Source: a candidate division WWE3 bacterium RAAC2_WWE3_1
Lineage (GTDB): Bacteria > Patescibacteriota > WWE3 > UBA101185 > UBA10185
Assembly (NCBI GenBank): GCA_000503835.1
Contig: CP006914.1
Span: forward strand, 303,341 to 367,340
Direction: 5' to 3'
Length of the DNA stretch: 64,000 bases
Made by a program: the position numbers and the translations under genes. This document shows positions 35,416 to 45,261 of the stretch, piece by piece (positions within the stretch are counted from its first letter, which is position 1; each line of letters opens with the position of its first letter). Below the pieces are notes generated by a model that worked only from the letters and a program-made list of their open reading frames with translations, ran no database searches and was not told where the DNA came from.

Positions 35416-35495
35416 TCAGCTCACCTCCTTAAACTAATTTAAATTTAATACAAAACGTTCCAAACAACAACCGGTCTGAAACCGTTTCATAAATC

Positions 35496-36569
35496 TCAAA
35501 GTTTCTCCTTGTAAAACTCGACTGTCCTTTGCATCGCAATATCGTAGTAAGGAAATACAATGTTGTGTCCCCCGCCTTCGTATTCATAAACAGAATAATC
35601 TTTGCCTGCATTTTTTAGAACCTCTTCAAGATCTCTGGTGTAACCGATGTTTACAACGTTGTCATCGATGGCGTGGTGGATTTGCAATGCTCCGGATAAA
35701 TATTTTATGTTTTTTGTCAAAGATATAGCCGACCAAAAATCGTTTGAAAAATCAATCTTATCCGGCTCCGTTTTTATCTTTTGCACCTCGGCGGAAATTT
35801 CTCTGTTCTGCTCCTGTCTTCCTTCCCGCGTTTCGTAAGGTTTATGAACATAACTATTATCGCTTATTCCGTATTTTGCGAAATCTGCATAACTATAAAC
35901 TGCCCCTGCCCAAATTACTCCGGCCTTTATACCCTCAGAGACCAGCATTGACCTTAATACAACATTTCCACCCATGCTATGACCCCACATCCCTATCTTC
36001 TCAGCATTTATTACATCATATTTTTGCAGACTTTTTACCGCACTAACAGCGTCAATGGTGTAAGCCGAAGAAAAATACGAACCCGACGGATCGCCCTCCG
36101 ACCTCCCGTTCCCGCGAAAATCTATTTTAAACACCACGAACCCGTTTTTTGCCAGATAATCAACATAAGAAGCGTAGTTCTGTGTAGTGACATATTGGGT
36201 CGGGGGAATATACCCGTGATTAAAAACTATCGCGGGAAAGCCTTTATCCGGTGGGGTTTCTTTAGGAACTGTCAGCAAACCATAAACCTTATTTCCTTCA
36301 CTAGCGTAACTGGCTATGTATCTTTTGTAATTTGAACCGTCAGTCAGTTCTTCTTCTATAACAGGGGCGTCCGACTCTATTTTCTGAAATCTGAGATATC
36401 CGATACCGATGGGGGAGGGGTATATTTTATTTTCTTCAAAGCTTTTTGCGGCATTGATAAATGAAGGGACGGTGCCGGCCGCCTCCCGGTGAATATTCCT
36501 GAACCATAAAAAATACATAAGAAATATGGCGGCGGAGAATAAAAAGAGAAGGGCAATAATTTTTTTCAT
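35496..36569 (-). CDS. Exported alpha/beta hydrolase (S9 peptidase-like)
   Basis: HGY, DFRG.G.S, GHSMGG, D..V, GGGH. Confidence 0.88.
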   Translation of the reverse strand: MKKIIALLFLFSAAIFLMYFLWFRNIHREAAGTVPSFINAAKSFEENKIYPSPIGIGYLRFQKIESDAPVIEEELTDGSNYKRYIASYASEGNKVYGLLTVPKETPPDKGFPAIVFNHGYIPPTQYVTTQNYASYVDYLAKNGFVVFKIDFRGNGRSEGDPSGSYFSSAYTIDAVSAVKSLQKYDVINAEKIGMWGHSMGGNVVLRSMLVSEGIKAGVIWAGAVYSYADFAKYGISDNSYVHKPYETREGRQEQNREISAEVQKIKTEPDKIDFSNDFWSAISLTKNIKYLSGALQIHHAIDDNVVNIGYTRDLEEVLKNAGKDYSVYEYEGGGHNIVFPYYDIAMQRTVEFYKEKL

Positions 36570-36610
36570 GTTCCGGAGCAAACATGCTAACATAATTTTT
36601 TGAAAAAGAA

Positions 36611-36643
36611 AAAGCTCCGGTTATGGACATGAACACCGGAGCT
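36611..36643 (-). terminator. Intrinsic terminator after the amidase
   Basis: AAGCTCCGGT...ACCGGAGCTT with an A run on the + strand. Confidence 0.65.
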
Positions 36644-36661
36644 TCTAAAACACTTTCCTTT

Positions 36662-37369
36662 TCATTGACTTAGCTTTGCTTCAAGAGCGGGCAAAAAATA
36701 TTGCTCGAAGTAGAGATTACCGGGGTCAGTTTTACCTGAACCTTCCACCTCGTAGTGCCCAATGACGTTCTCGATCGGAATATCATACGTTTCCATGAGG
36801 GAAACTACCAGATCGATTGTCTGAGCCGTAATAATTTCGATGGACCGGACCATTTCGGGACCCGCATTACCGGTTATCATGTAGTTGTACGTCCGGCCGG
36901 CCATTTCGATTTGAATCGAGTGCTTGTCGTAGTCATACCCGGCACCCCTGCACTGGATTACTCCGGTGCGGTACATGGGCAAAAACTGACCAACGCCGTC
37001 CAAACCTACCCCGAAATGAGTTGAACGCCCGCCACTATTCCGTCCCGCCAGCCCGTTCCACGTGGTTGTTGAAACCCATCTTTCAGGTGTATTCCCGGAC
37101 TGATCGTCCGTATGGATAACAATGGTATCCGGAACAACCACCTTGTTTACATACGCAGTCTTGGGTAAAACTTTGTAGTAATCCCCGAAACAGATTTCCT
37201 CCGAGCCGGTTCGGCAGGGCTCCGGGGCGTAAACGGGAGCAGAGGTAGGTAAGCGGACTGCGGTAAAACCCCGCTCCTGTTCATACCCGTCAAACTGCGC
37301 TACTACGCCGCTACTCGACGCCATAACCGTTAAAAGAACAACTAACGAAACGATCAGTGTCTTGAACAT
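36662..37369 (-). CDS. Secreted N-acetylmuramoyl-L-alanine amidase (Amidase_2)
   Basis: Signal peptide; IVIHT, STHF.V, SIQIE, VIGHYEV, K.DPG. Confidence 0.85.
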   Translation of the reverse strand: MFKTLIVSLVVLLTVMASSSGVVAQFDGYEQERGFTAVRLPTSAPVYAPEPCRTGSEEICFGDYYKVLPKTAYVNKVVVPDTIVIHTDDQSGNTPERWVSTTTWNGLAGRNSGGRSTHFGVGLDGVGQFLPMYRTGVIQCRGAGYDYDKHSIQIEMAGRTYNYMITGNAGPEMVRSIEIITAQTIDLVVSLMETYDIPIENVIGHYEVEGSGKTDPGNLYFEQYFLPALEAKLSQ

Positions 37370-37510
37370 ATCTTCCTCCCCATTCTCCGATTCAAGATTT
37401 TTAGTATCTCATAGTATATCAATAATACTAATGCGGGCAAGGGTTTTCTAAATCATAGTTTCGGGGTGACACCACGTAAAATACAAAACTTTTTCATGTA
37501 TAATCTAAGT

Positions 37511-38179
37511 ATGAAAATAGTAAAAATTCTTATAATAGTTTTCCTGGCAATTTCACTTCCCATAGGTGCATATTTCGGGTATAAGACCCTGAAAAAAACC
37601 ACCGTACCTTCGGATGGCGGCGCAAATCTCACGGAAGTAACCGAAAAAAAAGCACAGGATGAAGAAAGTATTTTCTCCGGCAAAATTGCCGACCTAATCG
37701 GCTTAGGAAAATCGCTAAAATGTACTTACACTATGAACGAACAGGAAGGAACCGCAGGTACCGGTACTATCTATGTTTCAGGAACTAAAATGAGAGGCGA
37801 CACTACTATCACTATGGAAAACAGTGCAAATATAGACAGCCATTTCATCTCTGCTAATAATGTAATGTATACATGGACCTCGGCTTCGCCTCAGGGGTAT
37901 AAGATTGCAGTAGACCAGGAAACAATCAACGATACCTCTCCTTCCGAGATACCCGATGAGGCTAAAGCCCTTCAGGAAAAGCTGGATTATAAATGTCTTC
38001 CCTGGCTCCCCGATCAATCACTATTTGAACTTCCCGCAAACGTAGAATTTGTCGATTTCTCTGAATTAACCAAAAACTCCGGAGAACCCGGAGATTCGGG
38101 TAACATGTGCGCATTATGCGGTATGATGCAGACCGAAGAAGAGAAGACCAAATGTCTGTCCAACTTCAACTGCGAATAG
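37511..38179 (+). CDS. Membrane-anchored exported hypothetical protein
   Basis: N-terminal TM; TATAAT-6 nt-ATG. Confidence 0.75.
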   Translation: MKIVKILIIVFLAISLPIGAYFGYKTLKKTTVPSDGGANLTEVTEKKAQDEESIFSGKIADLIGLGKSLKCTYTMNEQEGTAGTGTIYVSGTKMRGDTTITMENSANIDSHFISANNVMYTWTSASPQGYKIAVDQETINDTSPSEIPDEAKALQEKLDYKCLPWLPDQSLFELPANVEFVDFSELTKNSGEPGDSGNMCALCGMMQTEEEKTKCLSNFNCE

Positions 38180-38193
38180 TCCTGTAAACAATA

Positions 38194-39801
38194 ATGAAAT
38201 TATTGAAAAGATCCGGGGCGTTCATAAAAAAGCACGTTTGTATTGTTGCCTTTTCGGTAGTTTACCTCGCACTCTCTTTCCTTCTTTATAAAGACTTCGG
38301 TGCAACGTACGACGAAAAGGTCGAGTACGATGCAGGAAAATATTTTTCAGCCTACCTGTCTACTCCCACGACCCTAGAGAACACCGACAAACTTATTAAC
38401 AATAGATCCGAGAACATCAAATACTATCATCAGCTACCCCTGTTCAGCACTTATTCCAGGGTCTATCCCGCCCTCCTGAACATTCTGAACCCATCATTTT
38501 ACTTCGAGTGGTTCCATCTGCAAAATCTTATCCTAGGACTTTTTCTTTTCATTTTTTCCTACGCGATACTTTATTTAATATATGGGGACGGTTCGAGGGC
38601 AGTGGTAGGGCCGATCCTTCTGTTTCTCACCCCCGTTGTTACCGGCCACATACCGGCAAACCCGAAGGATATTCCATTCGCGACTATTTTTCTTTTCGGC
38701 ATATTTCTTATTTCATATTTCCTAAAAAACCCTAAGAGCAAGTCCGTCGAAATTCTTATGCTTGGCGTAGTTTTCGGTATCGCCCAAAGTACAAGAGTGG
38801 TAGGATTTTCCCTTTTTGCTACGTACTTTCTGCTAAGCCTGTTTCAGACTGTATCCAAAAAGGAGAGGGTAGCGGAAACTCTTTTAAATTCCACGATCAT
38901 ATTGATGCTCTCGTTTTTTATCTGGGTGCTGAGCGTACCTTTTCTGGGTGCTAATTTTTTAGCTAATCTTATATATATAGTCACGGAGACGGCGGGGTTT
39001 CAAACATGGAATCACGAGATACTTTATATGGGTAAATTCCTTTCAAAGGAAGAAAGGCCCTGGCATTATCTTCCCGTTCTTCTTTCGATACAAATTCCCT
39101 TAACCATTCTATTTTCCCTCGCTTCCGGCGTATTTCTCGTGATCAGAAAAAAGCTCCGATATAACATTTCACACCCGGTCTTTGTGATAACAACAATTGT
39201 CCTTATCAATTTTATTATTTATTTTGCTCTCCGGCCGGTAATCTACAACGGCATCAGACATTTTCTGTACCTTGCGGTTTCTTTGGTAGTTCTTGCGTCT
39301 TTCTTTTTAATTGATCTATACGACAGCCTAAAGAGAGAACATAAATTTATTTTATGGGGCGCCGTTTCAGCGTATTTATTATTTACGCTAATAAGAATGC
39401 TCCGCCTCCATCCCTACGAATACGTTTACTATAACGAATTTATAGGAGGGTTAAGGGGAGCCAACAAAAAATTTGAACTGGACTATTGGGGAGCGGCCTA
39501 CAAAGAATCGGCACTGCGTGTACTTGGTGTTGTTAAGCAGAACAGCATTAAAGATCTGAAAGTTTACGCTTGCGATAATCAATTCGCGGTAGTTTATTAC
39601 TCCCAGTTCCAATATGAACTTGTCGGAAGGTCGCGCGATGCCGACATAATAATCTGCGACACATTCAAAGAACAGCTAAGAGAAAAAACCGAGGACGCCG
39701 CTTACCAAACCACATTCCCCGTAGTGTTCGAAATAAAGAGAGAGGGAACTCCTATTCACGTCGTACGCGCAAGGCAGAGATTTAGCGTCTTATTCGACTA
39801 A
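38194..39801 (+). CDS. GT-C fold glycosyltransferase (ArnT/PMT-like)
   Basis: YDE after TM1, NPKDIPFA, PWHY, Y.GIRH, DYWG. Confidence 0.8.
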   Translation: MKLLKRSGAFIKKHVCIVAFSVVYLALSFLLYKDFGATYDEKVEYDAGKYFSAYLSTPTTLENTDKLINNRSENIKYYHQLPLFSTYSRVYPALLNILNPSFYFEWFHLQNLILGLFLFIFSYAILYLIYGDGSRAVVGPILLFLTPVVTGHIPANPKDIPFATIFLFGIFLISYFLKNPKSKSVEILMLGVVFGIAQSTRVVGFSLFATYFLLSLFQTVSKKERVAETLLNSTIILMLSFFIWVLSVPFLGANFLANLIYIVTETAGFQTWNHEILYMGKFLSKEERPWHYLPVLLSIQIPLTILFSLASGVFLVIRKKLRYNISHPVFVITTIVLINFIIYFALRPVIYNGIRHFLYLAVSLVVLASFFLIDLYDSLKREHKFILWGAVSAYLLFTLIRMLRLHPYEYVYYNEFIGGLRGANKKFELDYWGAAYKESALRVLGVVKQNSIKDLKVYACDNQFAVVYYSQFQYELVGRSRDADIIICDTFKEQLREKTEDAAYQTTFPVVFEIKREGTPIHVVRARQRFSVLFD

Positions 39802-39802
39802 A

Positions 39803-40645
39803 TTACTCGATTATTATTTGCGTACCAGCCGCAGATTCAGGGGCCTGTCCTTCGATAGACCCGGGTTCCGTTGTTCCTGTTCCTGTCGTGTCCGTCGAAG
39901 ACGGTGAAGTGTCGCCCGTTCCTTCAGCCCCGCCCACCGGTGCCGATTCTCCTGTTCCTTCGGTTCCGTCGTCAACAGGAACGGATGTGTATCCGGCCAG
40001 CAGTTTTGAAACCCAGCCCAATAAGCTGAATTGACTTTCACTTGCCTTTATCACGGAGATTATCTTTTCTCTCTCAGCGTTCAGAAGATCTAAATTGGCC
40101 TGTATTGTTTCGTCCCCGCCTTCTGAAGTAAGTTTTTCAACCGTACTGGTCAGTTTCCTTATCGTATTGGTGTTCTTAGCCAACGTACTTCTCAGCTGAC
40201 CGAGGTTTTTATAATCGGTGCCGATAAGAAAGATCTTCCATTTAGGCTCGTTGACAACTTCTTCGATGGCTTCTGCCGTCTCGTCAGTCGTCTCTTCCTG
40301 CTCCTCGGCTATCGAGGTAAGTTCTTCGCCGACTTCGTCATTGCCTCCGGCTTCCTCGGTCTCGGCGACTCTTTTGATTTCTTTCACAACTTTTCCGACC
40401 ACCTTTTTATGTTCAACTGCCGCAGTTTCCGCAAAAACATCAATGTCATTTTTCACTGATCTTGAGTTTTTTACGGCTCCGGTGTTCTTTTCGGTCTTCT
40501 TACCCTGTACCTGAGGCGTTTCACCCGTACCGGCCGGTCTGTTGGTTATTAGATAAGAACCTCCTGCTATTAAAGCAAAAATGGCTATCAAAATAGGTAG
40601 ATGGATAGAATAAAGCGTATGAGTCTTTTTGAAATTATTAGGCAT
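39803..40645 (-). CDS. Membrane-anchored coiled-coil hypothetical protein
   Basis: One TM, acidic helical region, G/T-rich tail; TACAAT-6 nt-ATG. Confidence 0.72.
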   Translation of the reverse strand: MPNNFKKTHTLYSIHLPILIAIFALIAGGSYLITNRPAGTGETPQVQGKKTEKNTGAVKNSRSVKNDIDVFAETAAVEHKKVVGKVVKEIKRVAETEEAGGNDEVGEELTSIAEEQEETTDETAEAIEEVVNEPKWKIFLIGTDYKNLGQLRSTLAKNTNTIRKLTSTVEKLTSEGGDETIQANLDLLNAEREKIISVIKASESQFSLLGWVSKLLAGYTSVPVDDGTEGTGESAPVGGAEGTGDTSPSSTDTTGTGTTEPGSIEGQAPESAAGTQIIIE

Positions 40646-40716
40646 GGATAAATTGTACATCGAAAAGTCCGCAAGGTTCAATGGCGGAAAATGCCCTGCC
40701 GGCATAAAAAGGGAAA

Positions 40717-40742
40717 GCAGCCCGTGGATATAACGGGCTGCT
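40717..40742 (-). terminator. Intrinsic terminator
   Basis: AGCAGCCCGT...ACGGGCTGCT. Confidence 0.65.
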
Positions 40743-40817
40743 CGTCTGAACAAGTAAGACCGGATAACCGGAAATTACCTGAGGCCTTCAAAACAAACCG
40801 CTTTAGTCACATGGAAA

Positions 40818-41438
40818 TTAGTTCTGATAGAACCTGAACTGGGCTAATTTCATGCCGTTGTTATCGTAGCTCCAGAAATAATCCTGAAGTGCGGGATCAA
40901 ACAACGGATACCTTTCTTCAACCCCATCTCCATCGAGATCTACATACACATACAGAAGTTGTGAGGTTACGTTAGTAAAAGAGCTTTTGCCCTTTTCTCT
41001 AACCATTACAACATTCGATGTCGAGCAGTACTCAACATTGTCTATATATGCGCACGGGGTCGTGGTGGATGTACCACCCGGTTTACCTAAAGCTCTCGCC
41101 CAAACAGTGTAAGCAGTCACACCGTCATTATCAGGGTCCGGATTAGGTAAGCTGAACACAGCTCCATTACCGTCGGTACCGTTCGCGTCTAAAACCGCAA
41201 AATCGGTTCCGGGCAAAAGGTTCACCTTTATCTTCCCATACAACGGAACAAATATCCTGTGTCCGCTGCCGGAATCCATAAATGCGGTTTTGTCCTTGGA
41301 AACACCGATAATGTTTAGGTTATAATGAGCACCGCTGGGTGCGCCATTACCGGTAATTGCCGAGGTTTTGGCCCTTACTGTAAACAGTAAGCCAATAACC
41401 ACAGTCGTTAAAACCATTGATATTATGGCTTTCTTCAT
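40818..41438 (-). CDS. Secreted hypothetical protein
   Basis: Signal peptide; GGGGGTG RBS; DLDGDG possible Ca-binding loop. Confidence 0.78.
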   Translation of the reverse strand: MKKAIISMVLTTVVIGLLFTVRAKTSAITGNGAPSGAHYNLNIIGVSKDKTAFMDSGSGHRIFVPLYGKIKVNLLPGTDFAVLDANGTDGNGAVFSLPNPDPDNDGVTAYTVWARALGKPGGTSTTTPCAYIDNVEYCSTSNVVMVREKGKSSFTNVTSQLLYVYVDLDGDGVEERYPLFDPALQDYFWSYDNNGMKLAQFRFYQN

Positions 41439-41685
41439 GTTACTCACCCCCTTCTTACTTTTTAAGTTGCTACATCTCGCAGCAAGTAGTTGGTAAGATA
41501 GGGAAGGCTTCACTTAAATTAATATTTAAGCTCCCATTTAAGCCTTTTCGGCAGGATTCGTCGAAACACTAGATAGTACAATATAGGGTGGTTTTAGTCA
41601 AACCGATCGAGTCGTATTGCATAAATAAAAATTCGGCGTATTATATTGATAATTATCTATTTATTTAATTCGGATAAGGATATTT

Positions 41686-42162
41686 ATGGAACCCCAAAAA
41701 CCAAAAAATCAAGGATTTCCGTATTTACCACTCTTATTAATTTTAGGTGGAGTAGGGATTTATTTCCTGCTTAACAGACCCTCAACGAAAAATCCTGTAA
41801 CAGAAAACACATCTACTTCGCAGGTCAGACCGGTAATCGAAGAAGAAGAACCCGAACCAAGTGCAAACCAAGTGAACCCGGTGCAGAACGAAGTAAGAGC
41901 AACAGTTGAAGGCAGTCCATTTAAATTCTCGCCAAACACAATATCTGCGAAAGTCGGCGACAAAATTATAGTTACGTTCAAAAACATGGAAGGAACCCAT
42001 GATTTCGTCATCGACGAATTTAACGTTGCAACAAAAATGACCAAGACAGGAGAAACCGACACAGTCGAATTCATCGCGGACAAAGCAGGGGTGTTCGAGT
42101 ATTACTGCTCGGTAGGCGAACACAGAAAAATGGGAATGGTCGGCACACTAACTGTAGAATAA
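41686..42162 (+). CDS. Membrane-anchored cupredoxin (type 1 Cu)
   Basis: HDF...YYCSVGEHRKMGM. Confidence 0.88.
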   Translation: MEPQKPKNQGFPYLPLLLILGGVGIYFLLNRPSTKNPVTENTSTSQVRPVIEEEEPEPSANQVNPVQNEVRATVEGSPFKFSPNTISAKVGDKIIVTFKNMEGTHDFVIDEFNVATKMTKTGETDTVEFIADKAGVFEYYCSVGEHRKMGMVGTLTVE

Positions 42163-42169
42163 TGTACAG

Positions 42170-42838
42170 ATGAACAAAGAGGTCAGAAGGTTCGTATATC
42201 TTGAGGCTATGTTGCTCTGGGCGTATGCATACCTGGGGCTTTGGCCGTTCGACTCTCTTCCTCAGCCGTCGAGATATGCCTTCCTGGCCGTAATATTTCT
42301 ATATTCCACCCTTATGGTCAGTCCCCTCACCATAGTTTTTCCTAACATACCCTATAAATTGACGTTTTTAAGAGCCAGAAAGGCCTTGGGCATCTCCTCG
42401 TTCTTTTTCGCTCTTACCCATGCCCTGACAGCGTTTAGGGATAGCCTGGGAGGTTTCCAGGGAATTGTCTTGTTTAGCTTAAGAGAGCTCCTGCCATATA
42501 TTATAGGAGCTTCCGCACTTCTGATTTTGACCGCGATGGCAGCAACCTCTCCGCCTTCTATGGTGAATCGGCTGGGAAGATACTGGAAGCGACTTCATAG
42601 ATTTGTGTACCTTGCCGGCGTATTGATACTGGTCCACGTAGCTATGGTTCCTAAGTCTATAAAACTACCGATTGTTTTAAATTATCTTATTTTTGCAATG
42701 GTGGGATTTCTAATCGTGTTAGAACTTATAAGATTCAACAGATTTCTAAGCATAAAATATAAGTTTCTTGAAAATAAACGGTTTTGGCCTCTGCTCTCAT
42801 TCGCAATCCTTTACCTAATTTATATTTTGTCGTATTAA
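42170..42838 (+). CDS. Ferric reductase-like transmembrane heme protein (MsrQ/YedZ-like)
   Basis: RKALG....ALTH, AATS, WKRLHRFVY....LVH. Confidence 0.85.
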   Translation: MNKEVRRFVYLEAMLLWAYAYLGLWPFDSLPQPSRYAFLAVIFLYSTLMVSPLTIVFPNIPYKLTFLRARKALGISSFFFALTHALTAFRDSLGGFQGIVLFSLRELLPYIIGASALLILTAMAATSPPSMVNRLGRYWKRLHRFVYLAGVLILVHVAMVPKSIKLPIVLNYLIFAMVGFLIVLELIRFNRFLSIKYKFLENKRFWPLLSFAILYLIYILSY

Positions 42839-42867
42839 CATTACCGAGCCTGCCTTATACTGAAAGT

Positions 42868-43419
42868 GTGAAAAAGTTAAAAAGATTCAAATTTAAAAAA
42901 CTTTCGTATCTTCTCTTTTATGTTTTTCTGGTTTCCGGTTTAGGCATTGTGCTGAATCAAAGTCTTAAACAACTTCCCGGGATCCTTTCCTCCACAAGCA
43001 ACGACCTGTCCGGGAATAACGAAGAACGGATAATACTATCAGAAGTCATGGACGGGGACACTATCAAAGTAATTATCGGAAATACCCGGCAAAACGTCCG
43101 CTTAATAGGCCTCAATGCTCCGGAAACAAAAGACTGCATGGGAGATTGGAGCAGGATAGAGCTGGAAAAATTGCTTGAAGGACAGACAATTTTATTAGAA
43201 AACGATTCAACACAAGGTGACGTGGATAAATACGGTAGGTTTTTGCGTTACGTCCGCACGGCCGGCGGGATAAACATCAACGAAAAACTCATACGAATAG
43301 GCGCAGCAAAAGAATATACATACGACAAAGATTACAAATATAAAGAGCTGTTCGTTGACGCACAAAACACCGCAAAAAAGGATAAGCTCGGGGTTTGGGG
43401 GGCTCCCTGCAACCGGTAA
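42868..43419 (+). CDS. Thermonuclease (SNase-like), membrane anchored
   Basis: DGDT, VRLIGLNAPE, DKYGR.L.YV, A...KLGVW. Confidence 0.92.
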   Translation: MKKLKRFKFKKLSYLLFYVFLVSGLGIVLNQSLKQLPGILSSTSNDLSGNNEERIILSEVMDGDTIKVIIGNTRQNVRLIGLNAPETKDCMGDWSRIELEKLLEGQTILLENDSTQGDVDKYGRFLRYVRTAGGININEKLIRIGAAKEYTYDKDYKYKELFVDAQNTAKKDKLGVWGAPCNR

Positions 43420-43422
43420 AAA

Positions 43423-44841
43423 TCAGTTTACGTTAAAAATATACAACGAGTTAGTGTTTCCCGGATCCTGCCACCTTTTACCGTGCACTACTATGATGTT
43501 CTCGCCCTTGGAAAGGATTCCTCTCTTTAGCAGAATGTGGGCGATCTCGGTAACATCCACCAACCCGTGTTCCGGAAAATCAATCATGTTGGGAAGGACA
43601 CCGTACGATAGCCCCAATTTTTTCAGAGTGTCCAGATTTTGAGTTAAAGCAATTATCGGTATCTCAGGTCGGAAGGAAGAAAATATACGCGCGGTTTTTC
43701 CGGTCTCGGTGGCTACCAGTATTTTTGAAAGGGAACGTCCGTTGTCGGATTTAATAATATCTACGGCCGCCTTTACTATACTGAAAGTGCGGTCTTCCGA
43801 AAATTCCAAGGCAGCCGGTACGCGTAATGCTTTTTCGTTGAAACTCACGATCTTGTGCATAAACCGCACGGATTCAACGGGATATTTTCCTATAGCCGTT
43901 TCTCCCGATAACATCACGGCGTCCGTCCCGTCACGCACCGCGTTCGAGATATCCGAAACTTCAGCTCGGGTAGGGGAGGGGTTCGTCGTCATAGACTCGA
44001 GCATTTGTGTTGCTACAATAACGGGTTTGGCCGAAGCCCGGCATTTTTCTATAATCCTTTTCTGATAGTAAGTGATTTTTTCAAGAGATACCTCCACTCC
44101 GAGGTCGCCGCGCGCCACCATAATCCCGTCACTTTTCCCGACAATAAGGTCGAGGTCATCTATGCCTTCCTGAGTTTCAATTTTGGAAATAATACCCGCC
44201 TTCGACCCGTTATCCAGCAAAAATTCCGACAAATTTTCAACATCTTTGTGGTTCCTGACAAAAGACAGAGCAAAAAAATCCGGAGACATTTTTATGAGCT
44301 CTTTAATAACTTCTTTCTCCTGAGGATTTATAGTTGGAACCGATATTTTTTTATTTGTAAAAGAAACGCCTTTTCCGGTTTTTAGTACCCCCGTCTCTGC
44401 GGCCTTCAGAAAGAGTCCTTTTTCGGACCTTTCTGCCCTAAGTTCAATCTTTCCGTCGTCCACGACCAAAACATCTCCGTCATCTATAAGACCGGGTATT
44501 TCGTCAGGGCTTAAAAGGATATCTTTTTCGCCGCTGCACTCCGAATTGACGACACAAACCCTCAACAAATCATTTTTTTTCAGCTTTATCTCGCTTGCGG
44601 ACGGAATAGATACGACACACTCAGGTCCCCGGATATCGATTATTATTCCGGTGCTTATACCGAGCTTCTCACTTACCTCCCGTACCTTTTTTATATGCCT
44701 GACGTGCCAGGCCATATCTGCGTGCTTAAGGTTGAAACGGAACAAGTTGACACCGGAGGTAATAAGCTCCTTTATAACTTTTTCGTCACTACTTGAAGGC
44801 CCGAGGGTGGCAATGATTTTTGTAAATTTTCCTGAGTGCAT
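43423..44841 (-). CDS. pyk: Pyruvate kinase
   Basis: TKIIATLGPSS, SKIE, MVARGDLGVE, ATQMLESM, PTRAE, MLSGETA. Confidence 0.96.
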   Translation of the reverse strand: MHSGKFTKIIATLGPSSSDEKVIKELITSGVNLFRFNLKHADMAWHVRHIKKVREVSEKLGISTGIIIDIRGPECVVSIPSASEIKLKKNDLLRVCVVNSECSGEKDILLSPDEIPGLIDDGDVLVVDDGKIELRAERSEKGLFLKAAETGVLKTGKGVSFTNKKISVPTINPQEKEVIKELIKMSPDFFALSFVRNHKDVENLSEFLLDNGSKAGIISKIETQEGIDDLDLIVGKSDGIMVARGDLGVEVSLEKITYYQKRIIEKCRASAKPVIVATQMLESMTTNPSPTRAEVSDISNAVRDGTDAVMLSGETAIGKYPVESVRFMHKIVSFNEKALRVPAALEFSEDRTFSIVKAAVDIIKSDNGRSLSKILVATETGKTARIFSSFRPEIPIIALTQNLDTLKKLGLSYGVLPNMIDFPEHGLVDVTEIAHILLKRGILSKGENIIVVHGKRWQDPGNTNSLYIFNVN

Positions 44842-44850
44842 CCGGGCAGT

Positions 44851-45186
44851 TTAATCGACAACTCTATTGAGAAAGGAATTTATCAGGGAGACGACAATGC
44901 TGAATAAGATGGCCGTCCAGATGCTGGCAATCTGAAACCCCGGAACGATCGTCGCGGTCAGAATAACGATAAAGGCACTTATGAAAAAAGTAAAAATACC
45001 GAAGGTCAGGACATTTATAGGAAGGGTCAAAAGTATAAGTATCGGTTTTACGAAAAGGTTCAGGGTGCCCAGCACAATAGCAACAATGACAGCCGTAACC
45101 ATATCTTCCACTACGACGCCGGGAATAATGCGGGAGGCAATGAATATCGCTAACGTGGCTATAGCAAGTTTAAGCAGTAGTTTCAT
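44851..45186 (-). CDS. YvlD/phage holin family 4_2 membrane protein
   Basis: LN.FVKPIL.LLTLP...LTFG. Confidence 0.85.
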   Translation of the reverse strand: MKLLLKLAIATLAIFIASRIIPGVVVEDMVTAVIVAIVLGTLNLFVKPILILLTLPINVLTFGIFTFFISAFIVILTATIVPGFQIASIWTAILFSIVVSLINSFLNRVVD

Positions 45187-45261
45187 ATCTTTAATTATAC
45201 TTACTTAATAGGTGTTGTAAAACGTCTTCCTCCGTCCGCCATGCGCCTGTATACTATAAGC

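Noticed and set aside
44851-45186. Holin-family gene (with the amidase and nuclease) as evidence for a prophage
   Set aside because: YvlD-type proteins are common chromosomal genes; no capsid, terminase or integrase is seen.
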